From the NCBI RefSeq assembly GCF_009914755.1, contig NC_060934.1: 64,000 nt of DNA. One strand, written 5' to 3'. Numbering within the stretch: the stretch's first letter is position 1; the number at the start of each line of letters is the position of its first letter. The notes beneath the pieces are model-generated. The model saw nothing but the letters and a program-made list of their open reading frames with translations. It ran no database searches and was not told the origin of the DNA. A program made the translations under genes and the position numbers. Shown in pieces: positions 37,266 through 51,433 of the stretch. The DNA comes from the human T2T-CHM13v2.0 reference genome, Homo sapiens.

Positions 37266-38642
37266 CTTAGCTGTGATGCTCCAAGTAATACCACGTGGCA
37301 CCAGAGTGGCCAAGGCGGGTGCTGGCACTGACATCTGGTGGTAGCACTTGATTGGAAAATGGTCAGTCAGATGGTCCAAAATGTGTCTAAATTAATTTTG
37401 ACCATCAATATTTAGAAAAGTAAATTTAGCAAACTTGCTGAGTCTGGCCATTCCATTGCAGACTCCAGATTGAAAGCATTGCTAGAGAGTGTCGGGGCAC
37501 CAGGTCTCCCCAGGCTTTGAGTGGGCATCTTTGGGTGCTGCAACTCCTCTCTCGGTTAATACAACCCAGTCTTTGTGCCCCTGGCATCTCATCACCTGCT
37601 TTCAGGAGTCAGGCCCCCCTGAATACTTTGTGATGGCGATTTAAAAAACAAGAAGGTGAGCGGGAGACCAGGTGGCTGCTCAGCATGTGGCGCATGGGGA
37701 AGTCCCGCCTTGAGCCGCATGCACTGATCCCGGGTTGGCACTGTTTGCACCAGTGTGGTTGTGCCCACGCTGGCTAGGGAAGTTTAGGATTCCACTTTGA
37801 AGCCAGACATGGCACGGGCTGTTGAGTAGGTTGTGGACACTTAGAAACTTTGAGAAGAGGTTATCTGATACCTTTGTCCAAAGAAGGGCAGGATGCTGTG
37901 AGAGATGCTTTACTCAGGAAGCCAACTTTGCTGGTCCAGTGAGTCCTTCTTCCAAGTTCGTCAGTTTATAAGCATGAAGCCCTACTTCCCTCTGGGAATT
38001 CTTGGAATTCATCATGTCCTGTCCTGGTTTTTTTGGTGATATGCTCGACTAGAGTAAACTTACAGATGTTTCAAAAGTAAAATCAATATGTAGCTTCCTT
38101 ATATGGAAAAAGTTGTTATCTGAAAGGACACCTAATTAATCTCGAACCAGGTAAGCCATCTCCTCCTGTGCCCTAATTTTTGTATACTGGTAGGTTATTT
38201 GAAAATGAATGTTTTTTGGAACCACTAACACGTAAATGAATAAGATACGTTTACTGGATGTTTTTAAAACTTGCCTGCCAGAAAAGCTTAAATCCTATAG
38301 AGAGGGATGTAGTGGGGTGGGCAGGTTTGACAACTCTTGGAATTGTAGAGTCATAGAATGCTATTATAGAACTGAAAGAACTGCAGGTACCCTTTAATCT
38401 GTTGCAACTTTATATGAAGTAAAATTACTCTAATGTGATAACTCTTCCTAAGTGCTGAGATATTTTAACAAAGTTTTTGCCAGTTTGAGGCAGAATGAGA
38501 AAATAAAGACAGTTGCGATGAGCTTTTCATAAAGCTATGTGTATTCAGTTTGAAGACCTATTACTCTGAAATGACATATTTTCTAAATTTGAGGGGTTAA
38601 ATGTCTGGTCTTTTATGAAATGATGGTAACAGTAGATAGCTG

Positions 38643-38780
38643 TTTTTTTTGTTTTGTTTTGTTTTGAGACAGTGCCTCACTATTTCGCCCAGGCTAGTCT
38701 TGAGCTCCTGACCTCAAGCAATCCTCCTGCCTCAGCCTCCCCAGTAACTGGGATTACAGGTGTGAGCTACTGTGCCTGGC
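38643..38780 (-). mobile_element. FLAM monomer
   Basis: Reverse monomer. Confidence 0.85.
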
Positions 38781-38812
38781 AATAGTTGTGTTTTTTAAAA
38801 TAAATACCTTTA

Positions 38813-39120
<308 letters not shown>

Positions 39121-39501
39121 AAATTTTAAAACCATCTTTATGAAAAAAAAATTTGGCAACCCCGTATCTTTCCCTGTATCTGTCTCTGTAGAGGTGCGTC
39201 TTACTGGCCGTTAGGATGGAAATGTCTAGGAATCACTGAGCTTAGCATATCCACCCCGCAGCAATGAATCTCAACTAGATGGAGTCCAGAGGGAAGATGG
39301 CAGATCCTCCCCTGCCTGGGATCCTGTCTGGAAGGACAGAGGAAGCATCAGCTGGAATGGCAGTGGTCTGGAGTTTTGAGTCTTGCAGCCGCCCTTGCTT
39401 AATCAGTTGACTCAGCTACACTGCCTTTGAGGGAGTCCCTTGAGAGGCCAGGGCACACAGTTTCCAGGGCTGGGGCCATTGTTCACAGACAGAGCCTTAA
39501 A

Positions 39502-39640
39502 GCAATGATTCCCAAAGTTTGTGGCTTGCTAGAATCACCCGGAAATCTTTTTAAATAAAATCCTGATGCCCAGATTCACCTATATTGTTAAATGAGAATG
39601 CCCGAGGGCCGGAGCCAGAGTCGGTAATCTGGGAATCTCT
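39502..39640. mobile_element. MER5A-like MITE
   Basis: gcaatgattcccaaagtt...tagaatcacccggaaatcttttt...gatgcccag. Confidence 0.55.
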
Positions 39641-41350
39641 GCTTTGAGTGTGCAAGGCAGAGCTTCAGGCCTCAGAGTGGAACCACCGCACGCTTCCAAG
39701 AGACAGATGGTGTGAACCTATGGATTAAATAGAAAAAAAGATGTACAGTTTTCTGTTTTACAGTCTTGTTTTGGTTGTGCCTGCCCTACTAGTCCTGACA
39801 GTTTTATCTCCAAAGAATAGTGACCTGGCATCTGTCTGCAGGGACACAACACAAAAGGCCCTGTAACTTGTACAACAAATGCTCCAGATAACTGGAGACA
39901 CCCAGGAACGGAAGTCACCATGAGGCTCCACTGCATTTGACTCTTCCTCCTGATTTCCTGCATGGAGGGTCAGGCTCAGAGCTGGTCACGCAGCCACTCT
40001 TGAGGTTACAAACTACAAAGCAGACATTTGCAGCCAGCACATACATGTCAGTTCAGGAAGAGATGGACACGGAATTGGGGAGACATGTACCGTGGCTACT
40101 CCTGTGTGTGTTGCTATCTCTGAACCTTGTTCCTCCCCTCCTCTTTGAAGGGACCCTACTTCAGGGACTTCCCCAGCACCCAGAGTCCTGAATTTTCAAC
40201 AGCCTTCCCATGGCCCCACAGATGGGGATGTCCTGCTGCCTGTCCCTCTCCTGCCGGGGCCACTGTCCTCCCACTGATTCCTCTGTAGGGTAGGAAAGCC
40301 TCCTGCAGCCCCCAGCGGCCTGTGGTCAGTGATTGCTCCCGGCGGCCTTGAGCACCTTGAGGCCCTGACCGTCCTTGCCCCTGGAATTCTCCTGACCCCT
40401 GCTCTTCTGCCATGGTGCCGTGGTCTGGGCCTCCCTTTTCAGGCTCTGCCATGGTCCTGTTATGGTTTCAGTTTTCCCTGCTGCTCTCAGTCACGGGCTG
40501 AGCTTCGGTCCTTTTCCTGTCTCAGGTCCCCATCTCCAGCCCTGACCTCTCTCCAGACCTTCTTTCTCCCACTCGTGGTGTCCCTGTTCCTCAGCCCCTC
40601 CCAATGGGCCTCTGGTTCCTATACTCCTGTCTCCCTGATGGCTTCTTCGAATCATGCTGGTCCCTTATCAATAGCTTCTCTACCGCACTCCCTCCCCAGG
40701 CCTGTGGCTGCCACCCTCGTGGAAGCAGACTCTGTTCCTCCACCCAGGACCCAACCCTGCCAGCCCATTGCCTGGGGATCTGCTCACCCAGCTGCCTTCC
40801 AGATGTGCCCTCACTCCTCCCTGCAAACCCAGAGCCTGGCCGGCCGCTGCCGCCACCCTGGGCCTCCCTCATGCTGTCCCTTTCTCTTGGTCATCCACAG
40901 CTTTTCCTTCCTGTATGCGATTTGTCTTTATATAAGAACAAGAAGTAAGATTTTTCTGGGAGCTTCTGTTCCCAATGTCTTTTTCCTCATGCTGAGCTCT
41001 TGTGTGCCATGTGGGCTGTTGCTTCTCATGTGCTCGCCTGTCCCTGCTGCATGGTCAGCCCGTGGGGGATGACGGCTGTCATCTCCGACTCCACAGTGTC
41101 ATCTCTAGGGCCCTGCCTGTGTGGGGAAGGTTTGTAGCACCTGCCCATTTGCAGGTGGATTTTATATCATGGGTGGAGTTGTAAGTTTATACGGCAAGAT
41201 AATTGGCTAGGGACTGGTGAACTGTCATTTCTGTTGAGCAGGAAAACCTGAGAGGCAGTAGTTCTTCTCCTGAAGCTATGGCCCAAGAAAGACCTTTTGT
41301 AATTGGAAACTTAATATAAAATGATAGTTTGCATCAGGTGGCATAGCATC

Positions 41351-41622
41351 TTTTTTTTTTTTTTTTCTTTGAGACAGGGTCTCATTCTGTGGCCTGGGCT
41401 GGAGTGCAGTGGCGTGATCATGGCTCACTGCCTCACAGGTTCAAGTAATCCTCCCAAGTAGCTGAGACTACAGGTGCACGCCACCATGCCTGGCTAATTT
41501 TTGTAGAGATGGGGTCTTGCTGTGTTGCCCAGGCTGATCTTGAACTCCTGGGCTCAAGCAATTTGCCTGCCTCGGTCTCCCAAAGTGCTGAGGTTACAGG
41601 TATGAGCCACTGCTCCCAGCCT
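41351..41622 (-). mobile_element. AluJ
   Basis: Reverse Alu; TSD tagcatc. Confidence 0.9.
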
Positions 41623-42475
41623 CCTAGCATCCTGATGAAGAGCTTGTTCTTTACTAAATCTTGCTGATCCCCCCTCCCCTGATTTGTAGGAGGGCAATGA
41701 TTTGTCTGCTGCATCGAGTTGTGCACATTAAATGAATTCATAAAACACTGATGTGTTAGCACAATTCCTTTTCAATACATGGCATCTTAATTTTTGTTCA
41801 CCCATTGTAAAGGATGCCTCACACAGTTGTAGTAATGGGAACAAGAGCATTTCTGACCCTTGGCCTGAGAAACTAGAAGTGAAACTGACTTAGAGCATTT
41901 CAGTAGCCCAGAAAACACAATGAGCACCTACCATGCAGGGATTATAGTGGACCCTGGGGTTCCAGGGATGAATAAGACACTCTATCCCAAAAGAACTCAT
42001 CAAGGTAAAGAAGAAGTTGTCGACAAGTTAGCGAAAGTGAAGAAAAGGGAAAATCTTAGGGGGAGGAGAGGGGAACTTTATTTTAATGGAAGGAGACTTT
42101 CTTCAAACTGCTTTTCCAAGACAGGAGAAAAATCCCATGGAATTTAAGTGCCTCCAGGAGTGTAGACAGCAAGTTACCAGCCTGCGAGGGGTCTGCTCAG
42201 TGGTCAGGACACCGTGCTCGTGAGACAGAGTGGGTTCTACCCAGGTTATTCCTCTCTGTTCCATGGCCACAAACCATGTCGGCCCTTGACCCTGATTCAG
42301 CCCCGGCCCTGGCTCCTTGGACAGCCTAGGCAGCCATCGCCCAGCATCATCTTGGTGCTGGTCCCACTGATGGAGCAAGAGCACCACCTTTCCATTGCTG
42401 GAGGCCTCCTGAAGAATCCAAGAACTACAGATATTGGGAAGATACTAAGTGGACTCACAGAAAGTAAACATCACA

Positions 42476-42612
42476 GGCCAGGCACAGTGATTCACGCCTG
42501 TAATCCCTTTGGGAGCACTTTGGGAGGCCAAGACAGTGAGACAGGATTATTTGAGCTCAAGAGTTCAAAACCAGCCTAGGTAACATAAGGAGATCTATCT
42601 CTACAAAGAAAA
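42476..42612 (+). mobile_element. FLAM monomer
   Basis: Monomer; TSD taaacatcaca. Confidence 0.85.
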
Positions 42613-42882
42613 CTGTATTTTAAGTTTTTAATTTAAGAATTATTTTAAAAATAAACATCACATTTACACTGTCACCTCTGTATAATCAGCCAAATCCAGT
42701 TTTCATATTTAAAGCGAATGAGCCCCCTCCTCTCAGTGGGAAAGATGAGCTGAAGCTTTACTCCCTCGATAGTGTTGGGAAAAGAAATCAGACAAAAATC
42801 TAAGGAAGGACCAAATATTGTACAGAGTGTGCCAGTAGGCTTTTGCAACTGGACTGAAAATACCTGCCTTTTCTCTCCACAG

Positions 42883-42976
42883 GGGAAAGTGGAAGTTGAA
42901 GCTGGGAAAGAAGGTATGAAGTTTGAAGCGAGCGCCTTCTCATACTATGGCGTGATGGCCCTGACAGCCTCTCCAG
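42883..42976 (+). CDS. CNNM2: CNNM2 coding exon 5 (94 nt, phase 0-1): GKVEVEAGKEGMKFEASAFSYYGVMALTASP
   Basis: Acceptor ttttctctccacag|GGG, donor CCAG|gtatgt; frame continuous. Confidence 0.97.
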
Positions 42977-43084
42977 GTATGTTTGGTTCCCAGCCGCATA
43001 GGGCAGGACCACGTGTTAGGAAGTAAGGCCCCTCTCCTTTCATCTTGCTTTCTGTATCTGCCAGCTGACCCCATTCACTTCCTT

Positions 43085-43790
43085 TTTGAACTTTTTTTTT
43101 GAAGTATATCATATATGCAGAAAATCTGCACAAATCCTAAGTATATACCTCCATGAATTCTCACAAACTGAACACGTGTAAAGTGGCACCCAGACCAAGA
43201 GACAGGACGTTACCAGCCCCACAGAACTCCCATCACGCTCCCTTTTAGTCACTGGTCCCCCAGAGTAACTGCTTTCTTGACTTCTCAGCCTAATTCTGCC
43301 TGCTTTTGAACTTTGCATAAATGGAGACACTGTGTGTGTTACACAGAGGCTGGCTCCTTTCTCTGTGTCGTGCTTGTCACATCACCTCTGTTGCTGTGTG
43401 TGATCACACTATTTCCTCTTGCCATGTCTAGTATGCCACTGTGTGAATACACAGCAGTGCACGTGTCCTTTCATTGCTGATAGACATTGGGGTAGTCCCG
43501 TCTGGGGCTACTGTCAATATGTGGCTTTGAACATTCTTATACATGTCTTTGGGTGAACGTGTGTGTCCATTTCTGCTGGGTGCGCACCTGGGACTGGCGC
43601 TACGTGTCAGAGGGTGTGCCTCTGGATTCAGCTCTGATGTACCTGCTTACTCCCAACCTGTGCTGTGTGAATTCCGGTTGCTCTGCATCCAGCACTTGGT
43701 ATTGTTGAGTCTGTTAAATGTTAGCAGTTTGGGAGGTCTTAATTTGCATGTTTCTGAGGACGAATGAGGTTGTTGCTATATACTGACTGC
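43085..43790 (-). mobile_element. L1ME-type 3' end, antisense
   Basis: ttctgcctgcttttgaactttgcataaatgga...tgaacattcttatacatgtcttt...taatttgcatgtttctga. Confidence 0.7.
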
Positions 43791-44900
43791 CTGTGGCCGG
43801 CTCTTGTCTGGAGAGCTGGCCAGGCGAGTCAGCCAGTTAAGGGTGGGTGGCCATGGGGGATTGACAGTTCTCTGAACACAAGATTCCAAGATGCCAGCCA
43901 GCCAGATGTGCTCTCAGACATGAACACAGATAGATACCTGGTGGCTTGCTGGCCTCTGGGGATGGCGCTGCTTGGCAGAGCGCACACGCTTGCTATTAAT
44001 ACCTGAGGCAGCCCGAACAGGTCGGGCAGGTCGACAGAGATGCTGGGGTGCCACCTTGTGGCAAAAACACCAAATGATGTGCGGTTTTAGGAAACTTCAT
44101 TTACAAACCTCAAACCTAAAAATAACCCATTTTAAAAGAATTCCTGAAAGCCAGGCTTCCAAGGGGAGGAGATGCCTCCAGACAAGACTGTTTCTGTGAC
44201 ATTGGTCTTCATCGACTGCTCCACCCAGTAGTCTGAGGAACCCAAAGATGTTTCAGTTAGAAAGTCACTGAGACGTCAAGAATTCTGTCGTATTTCTAAA
44301 CTTCCTCTGCCCCAAATGCCCCTTCTCACTATCCTTGTGCAGGTGTTTGAGTCCTGGAGGCACAGTGTCCCCACTGTCAACTGCTGACCAACACCCAACA
44401 CCCACTGTGAACATGGGCCTGTCTGACCCTACTTAATGAGTAGGTTTCTGTTGTAAACTTGAAGGTGACCTTCGTTTTCACTGCTTAGTGAGAGAGACAG
44501 GGTAGCTCTTACCTAGGCATGAGAAGACCTGGGTTATAGCTTCAGTTCCATCACAGGCAGGTCGTGTGGTGTTGAGCGAGGCCCTTGGTCTCATCCTTGT
44601 TAAGAGGATATAATGATGCCAGCTCATGTGATTATTAGAAGACTAGGATGCAGTGATCCTCACACAAGTGCTTCGTCCCCTTGAAAGCATGAGGGGAAAT
44701 GTGAGTATAGTAGAAAGGTGCCTGACTGTGATGAGTTTTGGCAGCTGACCTCAAATTAGCCCCAGGTGAGCAGAACCAGATTTATAAGATGGCTTTGAAA
44801 ATAAACTAGGAGTGGGTTGTACATTTCTACCAATTACTGGTTCCTGAAACATAAATACCAGCGCAGTTCCTGTTGAACTGTAATGGAAGGACAAGTCTCA

Positions 44901-45377
<477 letters not shown>

Positions 45378-45939
45378 TTAAGACCTACCTGCCCCAGAGG
45401 TGTGATTCCTGCTCAACATTTCATGTTCTGAGACTTTTCAATCTGATGGGGCAGTGAGTAAGTGGTGATGAGGATGACTCTGGTCTGCATTCCCAGGAAA
45501 TCTGTGTATGCGTTCTTTACTTACTTTCCTCTATGTTGAGATTTGAAAGCGTTCCTAACAATTCAAAGCTTCAGGTCAAAATTAAAATGAGCTAAAGTTG
45601 CACAGATGGGGAGCTGTAGGCTGTGCAGTGAGTGAGTATTGGGGTGCAGGCGCCAGCGGTTTGAGTCAGGCTCTTAGGGCAGTTGACTAATCGAGCTCCC
45701 CTTTTGCGCAGCTACTGGTGATTTAAGCCCTTAAGAGTAGCAGGTTTCGAGCTATCAACCCCAATTGGTTATTAGTGGCTTAAGAGATTTCTTGGTTAGT
45801 AACAAACTCGTGGGTAGGATTTCTCCTGATCTTGGCCTCCCTGTATTCCTCTTCCTGGAAAGCAGTGTGTGTTGTTTTGTTTCTATAATACCATACCGAC
45901 TTGCATTTCTGCAACTGAATGCTCATATTGTATTGATAG

Positions 45940-46215
<276 letters not shown>

Positions 46216-46650
46216 TAAAGCTCTAAGGTTCCGTAACTTTATAGCGAGCTCTCCAGGAAAGCATAAGCCACAGCAGGTGGAGAGTCCAGAACAGCGCAAA
46301 GTCACCATGCACAGGAGTAGCCATGAAGCATGGAAAGGGAGGGCGGCTCTGGTGTGGATTGTTAGCGCTCCCTGCCCTTGTGGCTGACCTTGAATTTTCA
46401 GGTCAGCAGTAGGGGACTGTTCTTGGTTCTTATTCTGACCTCAGCAAGTCATGGTATCTGGAGTTTGCAGAGGCCCTGAGGGCCTCAAACCCTGAGGCCG
46501 CTTTTATAGAGCACATTTGCCAAAGGCCTGAGAGCTGTGAACTCTTCTTGGTAAGCAAGAAAAATACCCCATCCACACAGGCGCACGACATTCTTGTATC
46601 CTGGGTTCTTCCCACATCCGTGTGAGTGGAGCGCGAGCGCCTCTGCTGTC

Positions 46651-46804
46651 CGCCAGGCAGGCGGCCCTACTTCTCCCCACCACCAGGCAGGCGACCCCGC
46701 TTCTCCCCACCACCAGGCAGGCGACCCCGCTTCTCCCCGCCACCAGGCAGGCGACCCCGCTTCTCCCCGCCACCAGGCAGGCGACCCCGCTTCTCCCTGC
46801 CACC
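46651..46804. repeat. GC-rich minisatellite, 5.1 x 30 bp (CACCAGGCAGGCGACCCCGCTTCTCCCCGC)
   Basis: Units start at 46651, 46681, 46711, 46741 and 46771. Confidence 0.97.
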
Positions 46805-47833
46805 TGACTTTGTTTTGGAGTGAACACCCGGCACATTCCTATCCCGCTGCTGCCGACTGCCCTGCAGGAGAGGGTGGCCAGTCCTAACTAATACGTCCAG
46901 CTATTAAAAAGAAGGGAAAAGGCTTAATCTGTCTTTAATTAAAATTGCTGGGATTTCCTAGTTGGTAACACAATTTTCCTATATTTATCTTCGGAGTTTT
47001 TTCCATAATTACTATCATAAAACTTTGGAACATAAACTTGGCCACAAAACCTGACCTGAACTGGGGGTCAGCCACTACGGTTTTAGCTCTACTTGTTGTG
47101 AATCCTTGTCCGTCTCACCAAAAGTTAATGTGTTTGCGGACTAGGGCCGCCCCAGAATTGCTGGTGGTGTATGTAACATGGGGTGTATGGACTGTATCAC
47201 CTTCCAGAATTCAAACATCTCTCTGGCCCCCAAGGGCTTCAGATGAAGAATGTGGACCTTTATTATTATTAATATTTTAAGTAAGATGGCACTTGAGGCT
47301 CTGAGCAGTGGGCTCAAGCTCAGGGTTGCAGCGCCTCTGCTCGCGCTGGCGCCCGTCGAGCTGTTGAAAGGGACATGGAAGGCAGGGCCTGCTCCTCCAG
47401 AGGGTGGCCATGGGGCCAGGCATCAGGCTCTTGGCAGAGGAGAGGGTCCACTCACACAAACAGAGGGCAGTGGGGCGAGAGGAAGCAGACTGAGTCTAGA
47501 TGCTTTGGAAGATCAGAGAAATCCCCCTAAAATCCTTCTCAGGAGAAAACAGGAGACTCAGAATTACTGCAGGAGGCCTCAGACAAGCAAAGTACCTTGA
47601 AATGTTTTGTTTTTATAGCCTTCAAATGTTAACACACAAACACTGTTTCAAAAGTATCTAGAAATGGTGATGAGATTGGTGGCCAAAGCGCAGGGATACA
47701 GTAAGATCTCGTTTCAAAAAAAGGACTAATCTGTCACCCTGGGTGAAGTCACTGCATGTGCAAAACCTTGGTCATGGGGTGGGCGCATGGTGGCAAGGTC
47801 CGGGAGGAAGCTGACAAGAAAGAATAGAAAATG

Positions 47834-48147
<314 letters not shown>

Positions 48148-48258
48148 GAATAGAAAATGCCAGCTGGGCTCACTTATGGGGTACCTACTGTTGTCAGATA
48201 AGCACTTTGTACGTGATCTTATTTTTAATCCTTGTCAGACCTTATAAGATGGGTACCA

Positions 48259-48584
<326 letters not shown>

Positions 48585-48803
48585 TTACAGATAAAGAATC
48601 TGAAACTTAGCAAAATTGGGTCACCTATTCAAAGATCCATTCTGCTAAATATAAGTCTGATAAATTGTTAATTTGCCTTGTTCTCGTAGAAATGGAAACA
48701 AGGGGAACTGCCACTCTGAATTTAATTTGTCTAACAATGGAAAATTAGTTCATGACTTGACAATTGGAGGGAGAGTTAAGATACAAAAATTTTAGGAGAA
48801 AGT

Positions 48804-49099
48804 GGCCAGGCACGGTGGCTCACGCCTGTAATCCCAGCACTTTGGGAGGCTGAGGCGACAAGATCACTTGAGCTCAGGAGTTCAAGACCAGGCTGGGCAA
48901 CATGGCAAAAACCCCATCTATACCAAAAATACAAAACTTAGCTGGGCATGGTGGCACATGCCTATAGTCCCAGCTACTCAGGAGGCTGAGGTAGGAGGAT
49001 CCCCTGAGCCCAGGAGGTTGAAGCTACAGTGAGCCAAGATCACACTACTGCATTCCAGCCTGGGTGATAAAGCAAGACCCTGTCTCAAAAAGAAAAAAA
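48804..49099 (+). mobile_element. AluJ
   Basis: TSD ttaggagaaagt. Confidence 0.92.
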
Positions 49100-50310
49100 T
49101 ATTAGGAGAAAGTGAACTCATCACTGGAGATTCTTGGAGTACTTATGTTTTGTTCCGGGTGTCCTGTTTTAAGACGGTGATGGGGTGAGATGAACAGCTG
49201 CAAGATTTATCCTAGAGAAGAGACTTAAGGAGACCATCACTCTCTTCACCTATCTAAGGGCTATTTTGAATAGCAGAGAAAGAAAAGGTACTAAAGCTCC
49301 ACACAGAGGAAGTGAGGCTGTCATCTGAAGTTAGGGAGGCACATTTGGATGGGCACAATGACAAACTTTCCCGATAGCCGAAGGGCAGGTGCAGCCAAGG
49401 GCCAGCTCCTCCGAGGGCAGCTGTCAGGGACACATTGCAAAGAGGAGCCAAGCGTCAGATGGGAGAAATGGTCCCCTCCAATCCTGTGATACGATGCAAT
49501 TCAAGACCTGGCCAGGGTGGGCACACAGTTCCTATCTGCAGTAGTTGGTTAGAAAAGCAAAAAGTGAAAGAAGCCTTGATGAGGGGGCATTTTTTAATGA
49601 CGTTTCCATTAGAAGCCACAGTGAACTTCCATTTAAGAGCAACAACACCCAGACTGGCGCTCCTTCCACTTTGTTTTAAGGGAAGGATGCCACAAAACCT
49701 CACTGAAGACTCTAGCACCCAAGATAACTTACTCAAACTCGTTAGGGATTTGGTGTCTTCTAGCTTTCTTGAATTCCTGAGACATCCTCGGGCTACCTGA
49801 TGGGGGATTTTACTGGGGTCAGAGACGAAGATAATAGGTTCAGCTAGAGGGTATGGTATGAGCAGATGAGTATTTTGATCCCTTTATAATACATACTGAT
49901 TTATTAATATTCTCAAGAGTCCCTTGTTTTTACTTCGGGCAAAGTAATGAAGTGCTGTCCTCTGCGTAGCCTACCTTTGATATCAAGCAGCTTCTGCATG
50001 TTGGGCCTTGGCCCAACCTCGCCTGAGCATCTCACAGTACCCGGGAATGTTCCTCACGAAGGCACACAGTGCAGGGTTTTTGCTGTTAGAGACTTGGGAG
50101 GATTGTGTCTGTCACATACACAGGGCCAAGCAGCTGAGATGGACATAGCCTGCTGGTACAGGGAAGCCCGCGAGTCCGCCATACATAGGATACCCTCTGG
50201 CATACTGTGCGGCCGAGACATCTGGAATCAGTTGGCTGGGCTTGTGTGGCATTTAGTATTTTTTATTTTGGAAAATAACTGGTTTTATTGGCTGTATCTA
50301 CTTCACTTAA

Positions 50311-50700
<390 letters not shown>

Positions 50701-51181
50701 TGAGAAAAACGTTGATCTTCTTGGTTCTATCCAATGAGCTGCCAAATCAAATGTGGCTCTTTCAGGGAATGGGAGCCAGAGATCCTGGAAAAAAGAGTAG
50801 CCCCTTTTCAAAGAGCTCCTGGGTGCGTGGCTCCCTGCCTGGCCCTGGGAAGGCTGAGGTCAGGAGACTTGGAGGGTTGCGGGGAAGGCTCCACCTCTGT
50901 CTTCTGCCGGGCAGTCAGAGTACTCATCTTGGTCTGAAATAAAGATGACTTTTGGAGAACAAGCCAGCTTTAGCTGGGAGAAACCAGTCTCTATTTTCTA
51001 GTCCCTAAAATTTTGAGACAATATTTGGAAGTGGGTTACATCAGTAAGAACTGACTTGTTCACCAAAGTCAACTTGAACTTGACAAAGTGGCTCACTGCG
51101 CTCAAGTGTGATTTTCTCCTAGAGAGGCTGCTGTGGGCCTGTCGGGATTGAACGTGTGGAGATCAGAGAACCTAAAAATAA

Positions 51182-51433
<252 letters not shown>

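Noticed and set aside
40329-41072. Longest ORF in the track (247 aa)
   Set aside because: GTG start, low-complexity Pro/Ser/Leu content from a C/T-rich tract (probably a decayed L2), no recognisable domain.
46651-46804. CRISPR-like array
   Set aside because: Units are directly adjacent with no unique spacers, and the context is eukaryotic.
46504-46887. Overlapping ORFs with repeated peptides (GRSGVACLVA, PPPGRRPRFS)
   Set aside because: By-product of a stop-free 30-bp repeat unit.
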